64,000 bases of DNA from a candidate division WOR-3 bacterium (GTDB lineage: Bacteria > Hydrothermota > Tepidihabitantia > SM23-42 > CAYGYG01): positions 96,001 to 160,000 of the forward strand of contig CBFGIV010000001.1 of assembly GCA_965648915.1 (NCBI GenBank), in the 5' to 3' direction. The translations under genes were made by a program, and so were the position numbers. Position 1 is the first letter of the stretch. Every line of letters begins with the position of its first letter. Positions 36,649-46,688 of this stretch are shown piece after piece. Below the pieces are notes generated by a model. That model saw only the letters and a program-made list of their open reading frames with translations. It made no database searches and was not told the DNA's origin.

Positions 36649-39048
36649 GTGAAGATGAAGACAACCCTTATATTATTATTGATCTTTTACAGTCTATCAT
36701 TTGCCCGGACTTCGGTGGAAAAAATAGAAGCAGCGTTTGATCGAGGCGAGATCTCCTTTGAACAAAAAATTCTTTATAAGGCGCTATCGATTAAAGGGCG
36801 AGACCACTTACCTGAATACCTCAAGGGAGATATCTATTATGAGAAGTGTGCCACACCAGTCATTGTCGAAATCTACCAAAACTGGGAAAAACTCGGGACG
36901 AAGACCAGAGACAGCATTAAAGTCCTGCTTGGTCGTCCCAGCCTCCCTTATACCTATGACAGTCCGGGTGGCCATTTCAAGATCCATTATGCGACCAGTG
37001 GAACAAACGGTGTTCCCAATACGGCTTATGTCTATAACTGTGCCGAATTCTTTGAACAGGCCTGGGCCAAAGAGGTTGAGCAGTTAGGCTACTATGCGCC
37101 ACCCAGTGACAGCCCGAGGGGTGGTGATGGCCGGTATGATGTCTATATTATCAATATGGAATATTATGGTTATTGTGCACCAGAACCACCTGGACCAGAA
37201 CCCTGGGAAGATGCACCTTCTTACATCGCAGTGGAAAATGACTATGAAGGATTCCCTGGTACACCTGAAGGCTGTTTAAAGGTTACTTCGGCCCACGAAT
37301 TCTTTCATGCGGTTCAGTTCGCCTATGACTATCAGGAAGAGGCCTGGTATATGGAGATCTCATCAACCTGGATGGAGGATATAATATGGGATGAAGTTAA
37401 TGACTATTTTAATTACCTGCCTGAATTCTTCAAACATCCTGAAGTCTCGTTGACGACTGAGAATATCCATATGTATGCGAGTTGTATCTTCAATCACTAC
37501 CTCCAATCTCGATTTGGTATCGGGACGATCCGGACGATCTGGGAACATTGCCGGAATGAAAATGTTATTCAGGCGATTAATCGGACACTTGCCCAGAATA
37601 GTAGTTCACTCAATACTGCCTTTCAGGAGTTTACAACCTGGAACTATATAACCAATTCCCGGGACGATGGAAAGCATTACCGCGATGGTAAGCACTTTCC
37701 TTTGATCTATATCGAAGCCAACCATAATCAGTATCCGGTCGAGAATGGAACAACCGCTCATTCTCTGAGTTATCTCAGTAGTAACTACATCGTCTTTCAG
37801 CCAGAAAGGAGTGGCCACCTCATCATTGCCTTTGATGGTGATGACCAGTATAACTGGGGTGCGACGATTCTGACCAGAAAAGGTTTGAATTATGAGACGG
37901 TAATGGTCCCGATCGAAGGCCCGGGTCAGAAAGGCGAAGTAATGGTGCCGAATTTTGAGAACTACAATGAGGTCGTTCTTATCCCGGTACTTCTTTCCGC
38001 CAATGCTTATGGACGCTTTTCATATCAGGCACATATTGCCGATTCGAGCTTAAGGTCACCATCAAATCTAACCGCCCAGTCCAATCTGCCCTATGTCCCC
38101 CTGACCTGGGAAAGTGGTAAGGAGCCGCTCTATTATAAGATATATCGTCGGAATGTAAATAGTGGACCATATCCTCTTCTGAATATTTCCTATGCACCAG
38201 CCTATGAGGACCGCAAGGTCATCCATAATTACACCTATTACTATGTGGTAACCGGTTTTTATCCCCAGGGTGAAAGTAAATTTGAAAAGCAGGTATCAGC
38301 CACCCCACGCTATCCCCAGGCCCGGAGGGATACAATCAGATATGATCTTGATCCCTATTCCTTTGAAGGCAGAGATTGTGAACCTTATTTTGCCGCAGTC
38401 CGATTTTCACCTCAAGAATTCTGCACATTAAAATCGGTCCTTGTATTTCTCAATCATGTCTTCCCATATAATCTTTTCGTATATAATTCAGGCCCGGCCG
38501 ATTCAATACCCGGCGCAATCATCCATTCTCAATCCGGTATTTCTTCTGATCTCTGGAATGAGATCAATCTTACCCGTCCGGTGATATTTGAAAATGCTTC
38601 TGATTTCTGGCTCTGCCTCCAGACCGACAACGCCTATTATCCAATGGGTGTTGATAATGGATCAAATGTTTCCCATCGTTCATTCTATTCCTATGATGGA
38701 CGAATCTGGCAGCGATTGAAACGCAATTTTGACCTGAGGGCGATCGTCGTCTTTACACCACCGACCTCAATTGCGGAACCAAATTCGGGTTCAAAAAGAC
38801 CTGATGGATATACCATCTTAAGTAATCCGGATCGAGGCCGAATCAGGATCCGATTAAAAGATACAAGATTGAGCAGAGATCGAAGCCCGGGACTGAAGAT
38901 CTACGATGTTGCGGGAAAACTGGTTAAAACCATTTCCGACCGATCGATCAGTTCCGATCTGATGATTCCCCTCAGTCCTGGTGTCTATTTTGTTGGCTAT
39001 GGTTCTGAAAAGAATAATTGTCTGAGAAAGGTGGTTGTCATTCAATAG
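36649..39048 (+). CDS. Secreted gluzincin metalloprotease (MXAN_6640-like) with FN3 and C-terminal sorting-like domain
   Basis: SD GGAGGAG; KCATP, HFKIHY, YDVYI, AHEFFHAVQ, WYMEISS; FN3 (PSNLTA..YYYVVT); PGVYFV..KVVVIQ. Confidence 0.88.
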   Translation: MKMKTTLILLLIFYSLSFARTSVEKIEAAFDRGEISFEQKILYKALSIKGRDHLPEYLKGDIYYEKCATPVIVEIYQNWEKLGTKTRDSIKVLLGRPSLPYTYDSPGGHFKIHYATSGTNGVPNTAYVYNCAEFFEQAWAKEVEQLGYYAPPSDSPRGGDGRYDVYIINMEYYGYCAPEPPGPEPWEDAPSYIAVENDYEGFPGTPEGCLKVTSAHEFFHAVQFAYDYQEEAWYMEISSTWMEDIIWDEVNDYFNYLPEFFKHPEVSLTTENIHMYASCIFNHYLQSRFGIGTIRTIWEHCRNENVIQAINRTLAQNSSSLNTAFQEFTTWNYITNSRDDGKHYRDGKHFPLIYIEANHNQYPVENGTTAHSLSYLSSNYIVFQPERSGHLIIAFDGDDQYNWGATILTRKGLNYETVMVPIEGPGQKGEVMVPNFENYNEVVLIPVLLSANAYGRFSYQAHIADSSLRSPSNLTAQSNLPYVPLTWESGKEPLYYKIYRRNVNSGPYPLLNISYAPAYEDRKVIHNYTYYYVVTGFYPQGESKFEKQVSATPRYPQARRDTIRYDLDPYSFEGRDCEPYFAAVRFSPQEFCTLKSVLVFLNHVFPYNLFVYNSGPADSIPGAIIHSQSGISSDLWNEINLTRPVIFENASDFWLCLQTDNAYYPMGVDNGSNVSHRSFYSYDGRIWQRLKRNFDLRAIVVFTPPTSIAEPNSGSKRPDGYTILSNPDRGRIRIRLKDTRLSRDRSPGLKIYDVAGKLVKTISDRSISSDLMIPLSPGVYFVGYGSEKNNCLRKVVVIQ

Positions 39049-39072
39049 ATATTTTTTAAATTGCCTCTAAGT

Positions 39073-39110
39073 AGAGCGGGGCTGCCACCGGCAGCCCCGC
39101 TCTTTATTTT
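39073..39110 (+). terminator. Rho-independent terminator closing the sigma54 operon
   Basis: AGAGCGGGGCTGCC-acc-GGCAGCCCCGCTCT followed by TTATTTT. Confidence 0.9.
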
Positions 39111-39129
39111 CAGATAGCAAGCAAGACTA

Positions 39130-39157
39130 TTGACTTTTAATTTATTTAAGTTAAGAT
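39130..39157 (+). promoter_or_regulatory. Sigma70-type promoter of the nnr operon, probably leaderless
   Basis: TTGACT-N16-TAAGAT-N6-ATG. Confidence 0.6.
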
Positions 39158-39163
39158 ATAGGT

Positions 39164-40753
39164 ATGAGAATTGTAACCAATCAAGAGATGAGAAGTATCG
39201 ACATCTGGGCGCAGAAGAAATTAGGAATTACCGGAGCGGTCCTGATGGAAAATGCGGGCCGGGGCTGTGTCGACATACTTGAAAAGATCTTTCCTGTGAG
39301 AAACTTAAAAGTAATGATCTTCTGCGGTCCGGGCAATAATGGCGGTGATGGATTTGTTATCGGCCGGCATATCAAGAATCGGGGTGGAACCGTTAAGATT
39401 CTTCTACTCGGATCAGAGAGGAGACTTAAAGGTGATGCCCTTACCAATTATCGACTTGCATGTAGAGGCGGTCTGGAGGTCATTACCGTAAAAGACGATA
39501 AAAATATACTCAATCTGGTCAGGGGATTTCAACCAGATGTGGTAATCGATGCCATCTTCGGGACTGGATTTACCGGAAGGCCGGAAGGGGTCTACGAGAA
39601 AGTTATTAACCTGATAAACAGACTCGACACCTTTGTCTTTTCGGTTGACATCCCTTCAGGGATCAATGGTGATACAGGAGAGGCTGAGGGATGTACTATT
39701 TATGCCGATTTAACCGCGACAATGTGTCTGCCCAAAGTTGGTAATCTTCTCTATCCCGGTCGTGCCTGTGCCGGTGATCTCTGGTTGGTGGATATTGGTA
39801 TTCCATACTCAATGATTGACTCAGGGCCACTTTCCCTCCTGACTCCGGAAGAGATGCATCGACTTCTTCCCTTCCGTATCCCTGAGGGTAATAAGGGAAC
39901 TTTTGGTTATGTTCTAATTATTGCGGGTGCCCGGGGATATAGTGGTGCCGCCTGTATGGCGGCACGCGCTGCCTTGAAGGTCGGAGCCGGTCTGGTCCGG
40001 CTCGGGGTCCCGAAGGGTATCATCAATCCAGTTGAGGCACAACTTATTGAAGTGGTTAAGATTCCACTGCCTCAGACCGATCAGGAGACTATCTCTTATA
40101 AGGCGCTTGATCAGGTATTTAAGTATGCCGAAGATTCGGATGTTGCGGTAATCGGCCCGGGTATTACGACCAACACAGAGACCAGGAGATTCTTAAAGGA
40201 ACTTATCCTCAATATAAATATACCCTTTATTCTTGATGCCGATGGTCTCAACAATATTGCTGATCACCCAAAAATTCTTAAAAAGATCAAAGTCCCGAAA
40301 ATATTGACCCCGCACCCGGGTGAGTTAAGCAGAATGATTAAGATCCCAGCCCAGAAGATAAATCAGGAACGAATTACTATCGCCTTGAAGTGTGCTCAGG
40401 ATTTTAATGCCGTAATGGTATTAAAGGGAGCGCCGACCATCATTGCTGAACCTTCTGGCCAGGCCTATCTCAATCCGACCGGTAATTCCGGCCTGGCGAC
40501 GGCTGGCTCGGGCGATGTCTTAGTTGGAATGATTGGAGGATTTCTGGCTCAGGGATTATCGCCGGTCTCAGCCTCAAACCTTGGTGTCTTTCTCCACGGC
40601 CTCTCGGCTAACAGTGCAATGAAAAATACTAATGAATACTCCCTGAACGCAAATGACCTCTTGAAATATCTGCCTCAAGCGATCAACTTTTTACTCAATG
40701 AGGAATACAGAAAAGAGGATCCACTCCGTCTCATTTCAGTTCCGGTGGGTTAA
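39164..40753 (+). CDS. nnr: Bifunctional NAD(P)H-hydrate epimerase/dehydratase
   Basis: LMENAG, GPGNNGGDG, DAIFGTG, VDIPSG, DADGL, TPHPGE, TAGSGDVL. Confidence 0.95.
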   Translation: MRIVTNQEMRSIDIWAQKKLGITGAVLMENAGRGCVDILEKIFPVRNLKVMIFCGPGNNGGDGFVIGRHIKNRGGTVKILLLGSERRLKGDALTNYRLACRGGLEVITVKDDKNILNLVRGFQPDVVIDAIFGTGFTGRPEGVYEKVINLINRLDTFVFSVDIPSGINGDTGEAEGCTIYADLTATMCLPKVGNLLYPGRACAGDLWLVDIGIPYSMIDSGPLSLLTPEEMHRLLPFRIPEGNKGTFGYVLIIAGARGYSGAACMAARAALKVGAGLVRLGVPKGIINPVEAQLIEVVKIPLPQTDQETISYKALDQVFKYAEDSDVAVIGPGITTNTETRRFLKELILNINIPFILDADGLNNIADHPKILKKIKVPKILTPHPGELSRMIKIPAQKINQERITIALKCAQDFNAVMVLKGAPTIIAEPSGQAYLNPTGNSGLATAGSGDVLVGMIGGFLAQGLSPVSASNLGVFLHGLSANSAMKNTNEYSLNANDLLKYLPQAINFLLNEEYRKEDPLRLISVPVG

Positions 40754-40758
40754 TCATT

Positions 40759-42156
40759 ATGCCCGGCATTTTTGCACTTCTGGTCTTCTTCGCCAGGATC
40801 GATTACTTAGAGATACCACCTCTGGGGCGAATCGCATCAATTGCTGCAAGTGAGCGTCACCTGCTCGTTACCAATGACCAGTATCTCATCTTTCTTGACA
40901 AAAATAATAGTTACCGGATAATCCGGACCATCCGTCTGGACGAAAGGCCGAATCTGGTGGGCTATGATGTCGACTATGGGGATTTCTGGATAACCGGTAT
41001 TAACAATATCTTTCGTATTAATGACTTTACTTTTACCCTGAAGATCTTCCGCGTTGATAATGCCGCAACGATCAGGTCATTTGCCATCGGTCCGGAATAC
41101 CTCTACTGGTATCGGGGCACAAACCTCTTCAGGTTTCACAAAAGGACCGGTAAAGTTGAACCGGGGGCCGGGATCCCACCTGAAGCGAAATGGTTTAAAA
41201 TGACCACCAATGAGATGTTGAGAAAATTCCCTTTCCTCTCGCCCTATTATTATAATGATGAAGATTTCAATCGCTATTCAATAAGTGCCATCTTTGAAGA
41301 TGGTCTTGATCTTTATGTTGGGACCATCGGTTATGGTCTCTTTAAGTATCACCGACTGACCTGGGAAAAATCTCACATCACATTCGGCCCCTACACCGGT
41401 AATATCCGGGTAATCTATAAAGATGACAGTCGATTTTATTTTTTGGGCGATCGCTCGATCTCAATCTATCACTGGGAAGGGGATTCATTCAGTAATTTCA
41501 TCTGCAAGAATAATATAGAAGCCTTCATTCCGTATCAGAATCGAATTTATATCAGCAGTGCTAATCGTCTGCTGAGTTTCGAAGGGAAGTTTGCCTATCC
41601 GATCAGTGATCTTAGAAATAATGTAACCACCTTGACCCTCGACAGCAACGAGATTATCTTCGCAACCACCAGTGGCGTCTATCGATTAAACCCCCTGAGT
41701 AATTCGGTCCTGTCTTTAGGACTTGAGAATATCCATATTAACAAGATAATTTCTGATGACAGCTATATCTATGCGGCAACTAAAAATGGACTCTACCGCT
41801 ACAAAAGAGACAGCAAAATCTGGGAGCGTTTAATCAATATTCCCTTTCTTGATATTATAAGATTTGATATTAATCGATACTACCTTATTTCATTTAATCG
41901 TCAACTTTATGAGACTAACGGCGATTCCCTCTCTGCCCTTCCTTATATGAACCTGACCTGCTTTGCGACCGATGGTGAATTGCTCTATCTCGGGACGCTT
42001 TTAGGTCTGGACATCTATAATCCAGCAACCCGCATTTATCGGTCTGCCTCCTTTCTGCCTGAAGAGAAGATAAACTCGATGGCAATTTTTTTAGATACAT
42101 TATGGTTAGCGACGGATAAGTCGCTGTTAAAGATTGCGACTGATAAATTTAAATGA
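40759..42156 (+). CDS. Hypothetical exported beta-propeller protein
   Basis: Repeated blade-like motifs (LYVGTIGYGLFKY, IIFATTSGVYRL, IYAATKNGLYRY, LWLATDKSL). Confidence 0.65.
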   Translation: MPGIFALLVFFARIDYLEIPPLGRIASIAASERHLLVTNDQYLIFLDKNNSYRIIRTIRLDERPNLVGYDVDYGDFWITGINNIFRINDFTFTLKIFRVDNAATIRSFAIGPEYLYWYRGTNLFRFHKRTGKVEPGAGIPPEAKWFKMTTNEMLRKFPFLSPYYYNDEDFNRYSISAIFEDGLDLYVGTIGYGLFKYHRLTWEKSHITFGPYTGNIRVIYKDDSRFYFLGDRSISIYHWEGDSFSNFICKNNIEAFIPYQNRIYISSANRLLSFEGKFAYPISDLRNNVTTLTLDSNEIIFATTSGVYRLNPLSNSVLSLGLENIHINKIISDDSYIYAATKNGLYRYKRDSKIWERLINIPFLDIIRFDINRYYLISFNRQLYETNGDSLSALPYMNLTCFATDGELLYLGTLLGLDIYNPATRIYRSASFLPEEKINSMAIFLDTLWLATDKSLLKIATDKFK

Positions 42157-42857
42157 AAGAAGGGACTTTCTTAGAACACCTTGAGGAACTCCGGCTGAGA
42201 ATTATAAAAGTCCTTGTCAGCCTGGTAATTGCTGGAATCATTGGTTACTACCTTTCCTCACCGGTTCTTAAACTTCTTGCCCGATCAGTTGGTAAACTTT
42301 ATTTTTTTGCCCCGACCGAGGCTTTTTTTACACGCATCAAGGTCGGGATCTATATCGGGCTTCTTATTTGTGCCCCGGTTCTCCTCTATCATTTCTGGGC
42401 ATTTGTCGGTCCAGCCCTAACCGATCGGGAAAGGCGTTATACCCTTTCTGTTCTCTTCTTCGGGACGGTGCTTTTTTTTATCGGCGGGTCTTTTGGTCTC
42501 TTTATTCTATTCCCCCTTGGCCTTAAGTTCCTCCTTGCCTTTGGCGGCGATGTTCTTACACCAATGATCAATGTCAGCCGTTATCTGACCTTTCTCTTCT
42601 GGTGTGTATTTGGCTGCGGAATTCTTTTTGAGTTACCTATTGTTGTTTATTTTTTAATCAAGATCGATGTCGTCTCACCTGAAAGTCTGTCCCGACACCG
42701 GGCTGAGGCAATTGTCGGATTGCTTGTTGTCTGTGCAATTATTACACCAACGACCGATTTCTTTACGCTTCTTTTGGTTGCAATTCCACTTATAGTCCTG
42801 TATGAATCTTCGCTCCTCTTAGCAAAATTAACGACCAGGAGGAAAGACAATGATTGA
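42153..42857 (+). CDS. tatC: Twin-arginine translocase subunit TatC
   Basis: FLEHLEELRLR, PTEAFF, WAFVGPAL, FELP, IITPTTD, LYE. Confidence 0.95.
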   Translation: MKEGTFLEHLEELRLRIIKVLVSLVIAGIIGYYLSSPVLKLLARSVGKLYFFAPTEAFFTRIKVGIYIGLLICAPVLLYHFWAFVGPALTDRERRYTLSVLFFGTVLFFIGGSFGLFILFPLGLKFLLAFGGDVLTPMINVSRYLTFLFWCVFGCGILFELPIVVYFLIKIDVVSPESLSRHRAEAIVGLLVVCAIITPTTDFFTLLLVAIPLIVLYESSLLLAKLTTRRKDND

Positions 42858-42865
42858 GGGTGTTT

Positions 42866-43270
42866 ATGATTAAGAGACTGAGTCATATTGGGATTGCGGT
42901 CCGGGATATTGACAAATCATTGAAGTTCTACCGGGATATGCTCGGGCTTGAATGTGGCGAAGTGAAGCGCTTTGAAAATATGGGGATAATGATCGCCTTT
43001 GTAAAATTGGGTGAGACAGAACTTGAGCTTCTCCAGTCGATTCAAGAAGGTTCAGTTATTGCAAAATTTATCGAAAAGCGGGGCGAGGGTATCCATCATC
43101 TCTCTTTTGAAGTCGATGATATAGAACAGACACTCACCGATTTAAAAAATGGAGGTATAGAACTCATCGATGAAAAACCCCGCATCGGCGCCAGTGGGAA
43201 GAAGGTTGCTTTTATTAATCCGCGATCGACTTATGGCGTTTTGATTGAACTCGAAGCCCGGGACGCTTAA
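42866..43270 (+). CDS. mce: Methylmalonyl-CoA epimerase
   Basis: HIGIAVRD, ELELLQ, KFIEKRGEGIHHLSFEV, GVLIEL; ATG at 42866 after GAGGG. Confidence 0.92.
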   Translation: MIKRLSHIGIAVRDIDKSLKFYRDMLGLECGEVKRFENMGIMIAFVKLGETELELLQSIQEGSVIAKFIEKRGEGIHHLSFEVDDIEQTLTDLKNGGIELIDEKPRIGASGKKVAFINPRSTYGVLIELEARDA

Positions 43271-43286
43271 TAGATCAGAATAATGT

Positions 43287-46200
43287 TTATTCAGTCAGCG
43301 TTCTAACAAGCTCAGTTGTTTTGGTTGAGGGAGCGCGTTTGAGTTCTTTTAGGAAGGTCGCCTGCATCTGATGATATTTTTCCCGGATCGATTTTAAATC
43401 CCCGATTCGGGCATACAATTTAAATAAGCGATGATAATTTTCCTCATAAAATGGCTCGAGGGCAATGATTTCCAAGAGGTACCTTACTGCTTCGTGGTAA
43501 TCACCAGTTTTCGAATGGTAATCGACCAGATTTGTCAGCAGGGAATGATAAAGACGCTTAAGGTGGGATCTGAGATCTTCTGCCCAGTTATCAAAATTAT
43601 CGTTAAGAAAATTGGCGGGATAGGCATTTAAGGTCGATTCGTATTTTTTAATTGCCTCTTCAATATTACTCTTTTCCAGAATTTTCGCCTCATTACAGAG
43701 ATTTTGAAACTCGAGACAATCGACGCGCATTGGATATTTTTCATTTATCCCGTAATTTTGCCCAATACGATTGATCAATCGTGGGCAGAAGTTAAATTGG
43801 GCATTGAGATGGGTTATTGATGAGCGCAGGTTGGCAAGAGATCGGTTTGGAGATGATGAGGGCCAGAAATATTCAGCGAGTTTTTCCTGGTGGTGAAGTC
43901 CGGGGTGTGTGATCAGATATGCGAAGAGTGATTTTTGCTTTTGTGAATGCCACTTTACCGGAATTTCATAATCGGGTGCGATAAGGATTTTTAAAGTTTC
44001 TGAAGTATCAATCTTTAAATAATAGCCACGCTGTAAGGCAATTCTGGTAAAGATTTTTCGGGCCGTATTTTGAACCTGAGGATTATTTACCTTGATTAAA
44101 TTCATTATTATCTCGATCTTACTGCGTTTAAGAATCTGGTGGATATATTCAGGACAGATCCGGGACTTTATTGCCTCAATTATGAGGTAGAAACCGTTAT
44201 CCTGGAAATGGTTAAGCACGAGAAACTCATAGCCTTTTTGCCGGGCGAGGTTCAGTGCCTGCGATAGATACTTTCTTACCGATTCAGATTTGTTGATCCG
44301 ATGTCCAAGTTTTGCAAGATGTAAAAGAGCGTCGGTAATAAAATATTTCATTCCCAATTTTTTTGTAATTTCGACACCCTGCAAGAAGAGAGCGTGCGCC
44401 TTCTTAAAATGGTGAATGGTCATCTCAATTACACCAAGCCCGAGCAGCGCCTGCACAAGGATGAAACCACTACCCGTGTCCCGGGCCCTGGTATAACAGC
44501 GATGAGCATTATAGTTGTCGCCACTTTTAAGATAATATCTACCTAAGAGAAGGTCGATCAATTTTTCCGCTTCCTTTTCGCGAAGATTCTGGTTGAGGGT
44601 GATTGCTTCATTGATCGAGGTTTCGAAGTTTTTACTCTCATTTTGTAAAAGATAAAATTCGCTCCAGGCAATTAATGTGGTGAGGAGTGCTCTCTGATCG
44701 CCGTAATTCTGGGCAGTAGACCTACTCTTTTCTAATAGTTTTCTTGCTTCTTCGAATTCGCCGGTTAGCATCTTGATTGTTGCCAGATTGTTATAGATTA
44801 TACTGATGCCGGGCAGGACCGCCTTCTCCCCGATCATAATAGCGCGCTGATAATACTCTCTTGCCCTATCGAGGTCACCGGTGATCTGCGAAATCAAACC
44901 GAGGTTCGTCAGGATTATTGCTTCAGGTCGGCTGTTTTCCCCTCTGACCAGAAGATAGGCTTTATTAAAGCGCCGGGCCAGGCCACGATATCGTCCCCTG
45001 GTTAGATCAAGGGCACCAATGGAATTGATGATTAAGGCTTTGAGTTCTTTCTCTTTACCAGGGACTAAATTAAGTGCCTTTCGGCTAAAGCGCAGGGCCT
45101 GCTTTTGATCTCCACGGCGTTTAAACAGGATAGAAAGGCGATAATTGGAAATTGACATACCCAGTCGATGGTTTTTAAAGGTAAAGAGTCTCTGGGCTTT
45201 ATAATAGTGATCAAAGGACTCATCCCAGTAGCCCGTTTCCATAAGGATTGAACCTTTGATAAAAAGTAACCAGGGATCGGATTCGATAAATTCTCGGGGA
45301 AACTTATTAAGCCATTTTGTCAGGTGCCCACTCCATCCGCGTGTGACCATATCGCGATGATAGTTTTTGATAATGATCGAGGCGGCAGTCTTCAACTCTC
45401 CGGCCTCAAGGTAGTACATAATCGCATTGGTTAGATCCCGATTCTTTTCAAAAAATTTAGCGGCATCCCGATTAAGACTTTTAATTACCTCAGGGCCTTC
45501 TTTCTGGAGTTGCTTCGTTAAAAATTCTTTAAATAGGCGATGATAACGATATACCTTCTGTTTGTTGATAAGTTCTTCGATGAAGAGGTTCTTGGTGACG
45601 AGATAATTAAGATATTCTGCAGAGTTGTTTATCTTCAGGATGTGATTACAGACATCAGGGGATAGCCAGTCGAGGATTGATGTGTTGACCAGGAAATTCT
45701 GAATCGGTACCGGCTGCTGGGCCAGGACTTCAGTGGCAAAATAATCAAATACCGTCTCCTCGGTCAGATGGGAAGGGATTATCTTTTTATGATTTGGGAG
45801 GTGGATAAAAAACTGAATACCGGTAATCCAGCCTTCGAAATATTCCCAGGCCCCGCGCAATTCTTCGATTGGTATCCGACCGCGATAGAAATCGATCGTC
45901 TCTTCAAGCGTAAACTTTAATTCCGGCGTGTGGATCTCGTAAAGTTCTCCCCGGGCGCGCAGTCTGGTTAATGAAAATGCGGGATAGTCACGGGTTGTCA
46001 TAATAATATGGATATTGGATGGGAGGTAATCGAAGAGATACTCAAACAGTCGATTTATCGGTCCTAAGCGACTGACGTGTTGATAGTCATCAAATATTAT
46101 ATAAAAATCTTCCTGGATTGCTGCGCATATTTCATTAATAAAGGTAGTAATAACCAGCGGGAAGTTTTTCACCGGATCGCCGATCTCGAGTGCGGCCAGT

Positions 46201-46493
46201 GTTTTTTCTCCGAAATCAGAAAAGCGACTCTTAATGCCGTAAATCAGATGGATTAAAAAGATATCGAGTTCGCGGTCGTTATTATCGATATTGTACCAGA
46301 GGAATTTAAACTTTAAGGATTCGAGCAGGGTTGATACGAGGGTTGTCTTGCCATAACCTGGGCCGGCACAGAGCAAAATTAATTTTTTACTGATGTTCTT
46401 ACTTATCGGATCGAGGAGCCGGGTTCGATAGAGAACAGATTCGGGGAAGCGGGGAGGTAGAAATTTTGTATTTAAAACCAGACTCTTCAGCAA
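43287..46493 (-). CDS. MalT-like STAND ATPase - TPR - SARP/BTAD transcriptional regulator
   Basis: TKFLPP..RTRLL, AGPGYGKTT, FDDYQ, EGWITG, YRYHRLF; C-terminal wHTH (LAEYFWP) and BTAD (VDCLEF, LEPFYEE). Confidence 0.88.
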   Translation of the reverse strand: MLKSLVLNTKFLPPRFPESVLYRTRLLDPISKNISKKLILLCAGPGYGKTTLVSTLLESLKFKFLWYNIDNNDRELDIFLIHLIYGIKSRFSDFGEKTLAALEIGDPVKNFPLVITTFINEICAAIQEDFYIIFDDYQHVSRLGPINRLFEYLFDYLPSNIHIIMTTRDYPAFSLTRLRARGELYEIHTPELKFTLEETIDFYRGRIPIEELRGAWEYFEGWITGIQFFIHLPNHKKIIPSHLTEETVFDYFATEVLAQQPVPIQNFLVNTSILDWLSPDVCNHILKINNSAEYLNYLVTKNLFIEELINKQKVYRYHRLFKEFLTKQLQKEGPEVIKSLNRDAAKFFEKNRDLTNAIMYYLEAGELKTAASIIIKNYHRDMVTRGWSGHLTKWLNKFPREFIESDPWLLFIKGSILMETGYWDESFDHYYKAQRLFTFKNHRLGMSISNYRLSILFKRRGDQKQALRFSRKALNLVPGKEKELKALIINSIGALDLTRGRYRGLARRFNKAYLLVRGENSRPEAIILTNLGLISQITGDLDRAREYYQRAIMIGEKAVLPGISIIYNNLATIKMLTGEFEEARKLLEKSRSTAQNYGDQRALLTTLIAWSEFYLLQNESKNFETSINEAITLNQNLREKEAEKLIDLLLGRYYLKSGDNYNAHRCYTRARDTGSGFILVQALLGLGVIEMTIHHFKKAHALFLQGVEITKKLGMKYFITDALLHLAKLGHRINKSESVRKYLSQALNLARQKGYEFLVLNHFQDNGFYLIIEAIKSRICPEYIHQILKRSKIEIIMNLIKVNNPQVQNTARKIFTRIALQRGYYLKIDTSETLKILIAPDYEIPVKWHSQKQKSLFAYLITHPGLHHQEKLAEYFWPSSSPNRSLANLRSSITHLNAQFNFCPRLINRIGQNYGINEKYPMRVDCLEFQNLCNEAKILEKSNIEEAIKKYESTLNAYPANFLNDNFDNWAEDLRSHLKRLYHSLLTNLVDYHSKTGDYHEAVRYLLEIIALEPFYEENYHRLFKLYARIGDLKSIREKYHQMQATFLKELKRAPSTKTTELVRTLTE

Positions 46494-46510
46494 TGATTAC
46501 TCCTAATTAA

Positions 46511-46538
46511 AATATAGCACAAGAATCAAGTTTGTCAA
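46511..46538 (-). promoter_or_regulatory. Sigma70-type promoter of the MalT-like regulator
   Basis: Minus strand TTGACA-N16-TATATT with a TGn extension. Confidence 0.65.
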
Positions 46539-46583
46539 GATAATAAAAGATCCTGCGCCTAAAATGTTAAAATTTTTAAGGCA

Positions 46584-46611
46584 TTGACATACTCGAAATT
46601 ATGAATAGAAT
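46584..46611 (+). promoter_or_regulatory. Sigma70-type promoter of the TMEM43-like gene
   Basis: TTGACA-N16-TAGAAT. Confidence 0.65.
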
Positions 46612-46688
46612 CATAAAATTTTTGTGATGTATAACCCTGTGCTGAAATTATGCCTTAAGTAAAAAGACTACAAAGTAAAGGAGGTCTT

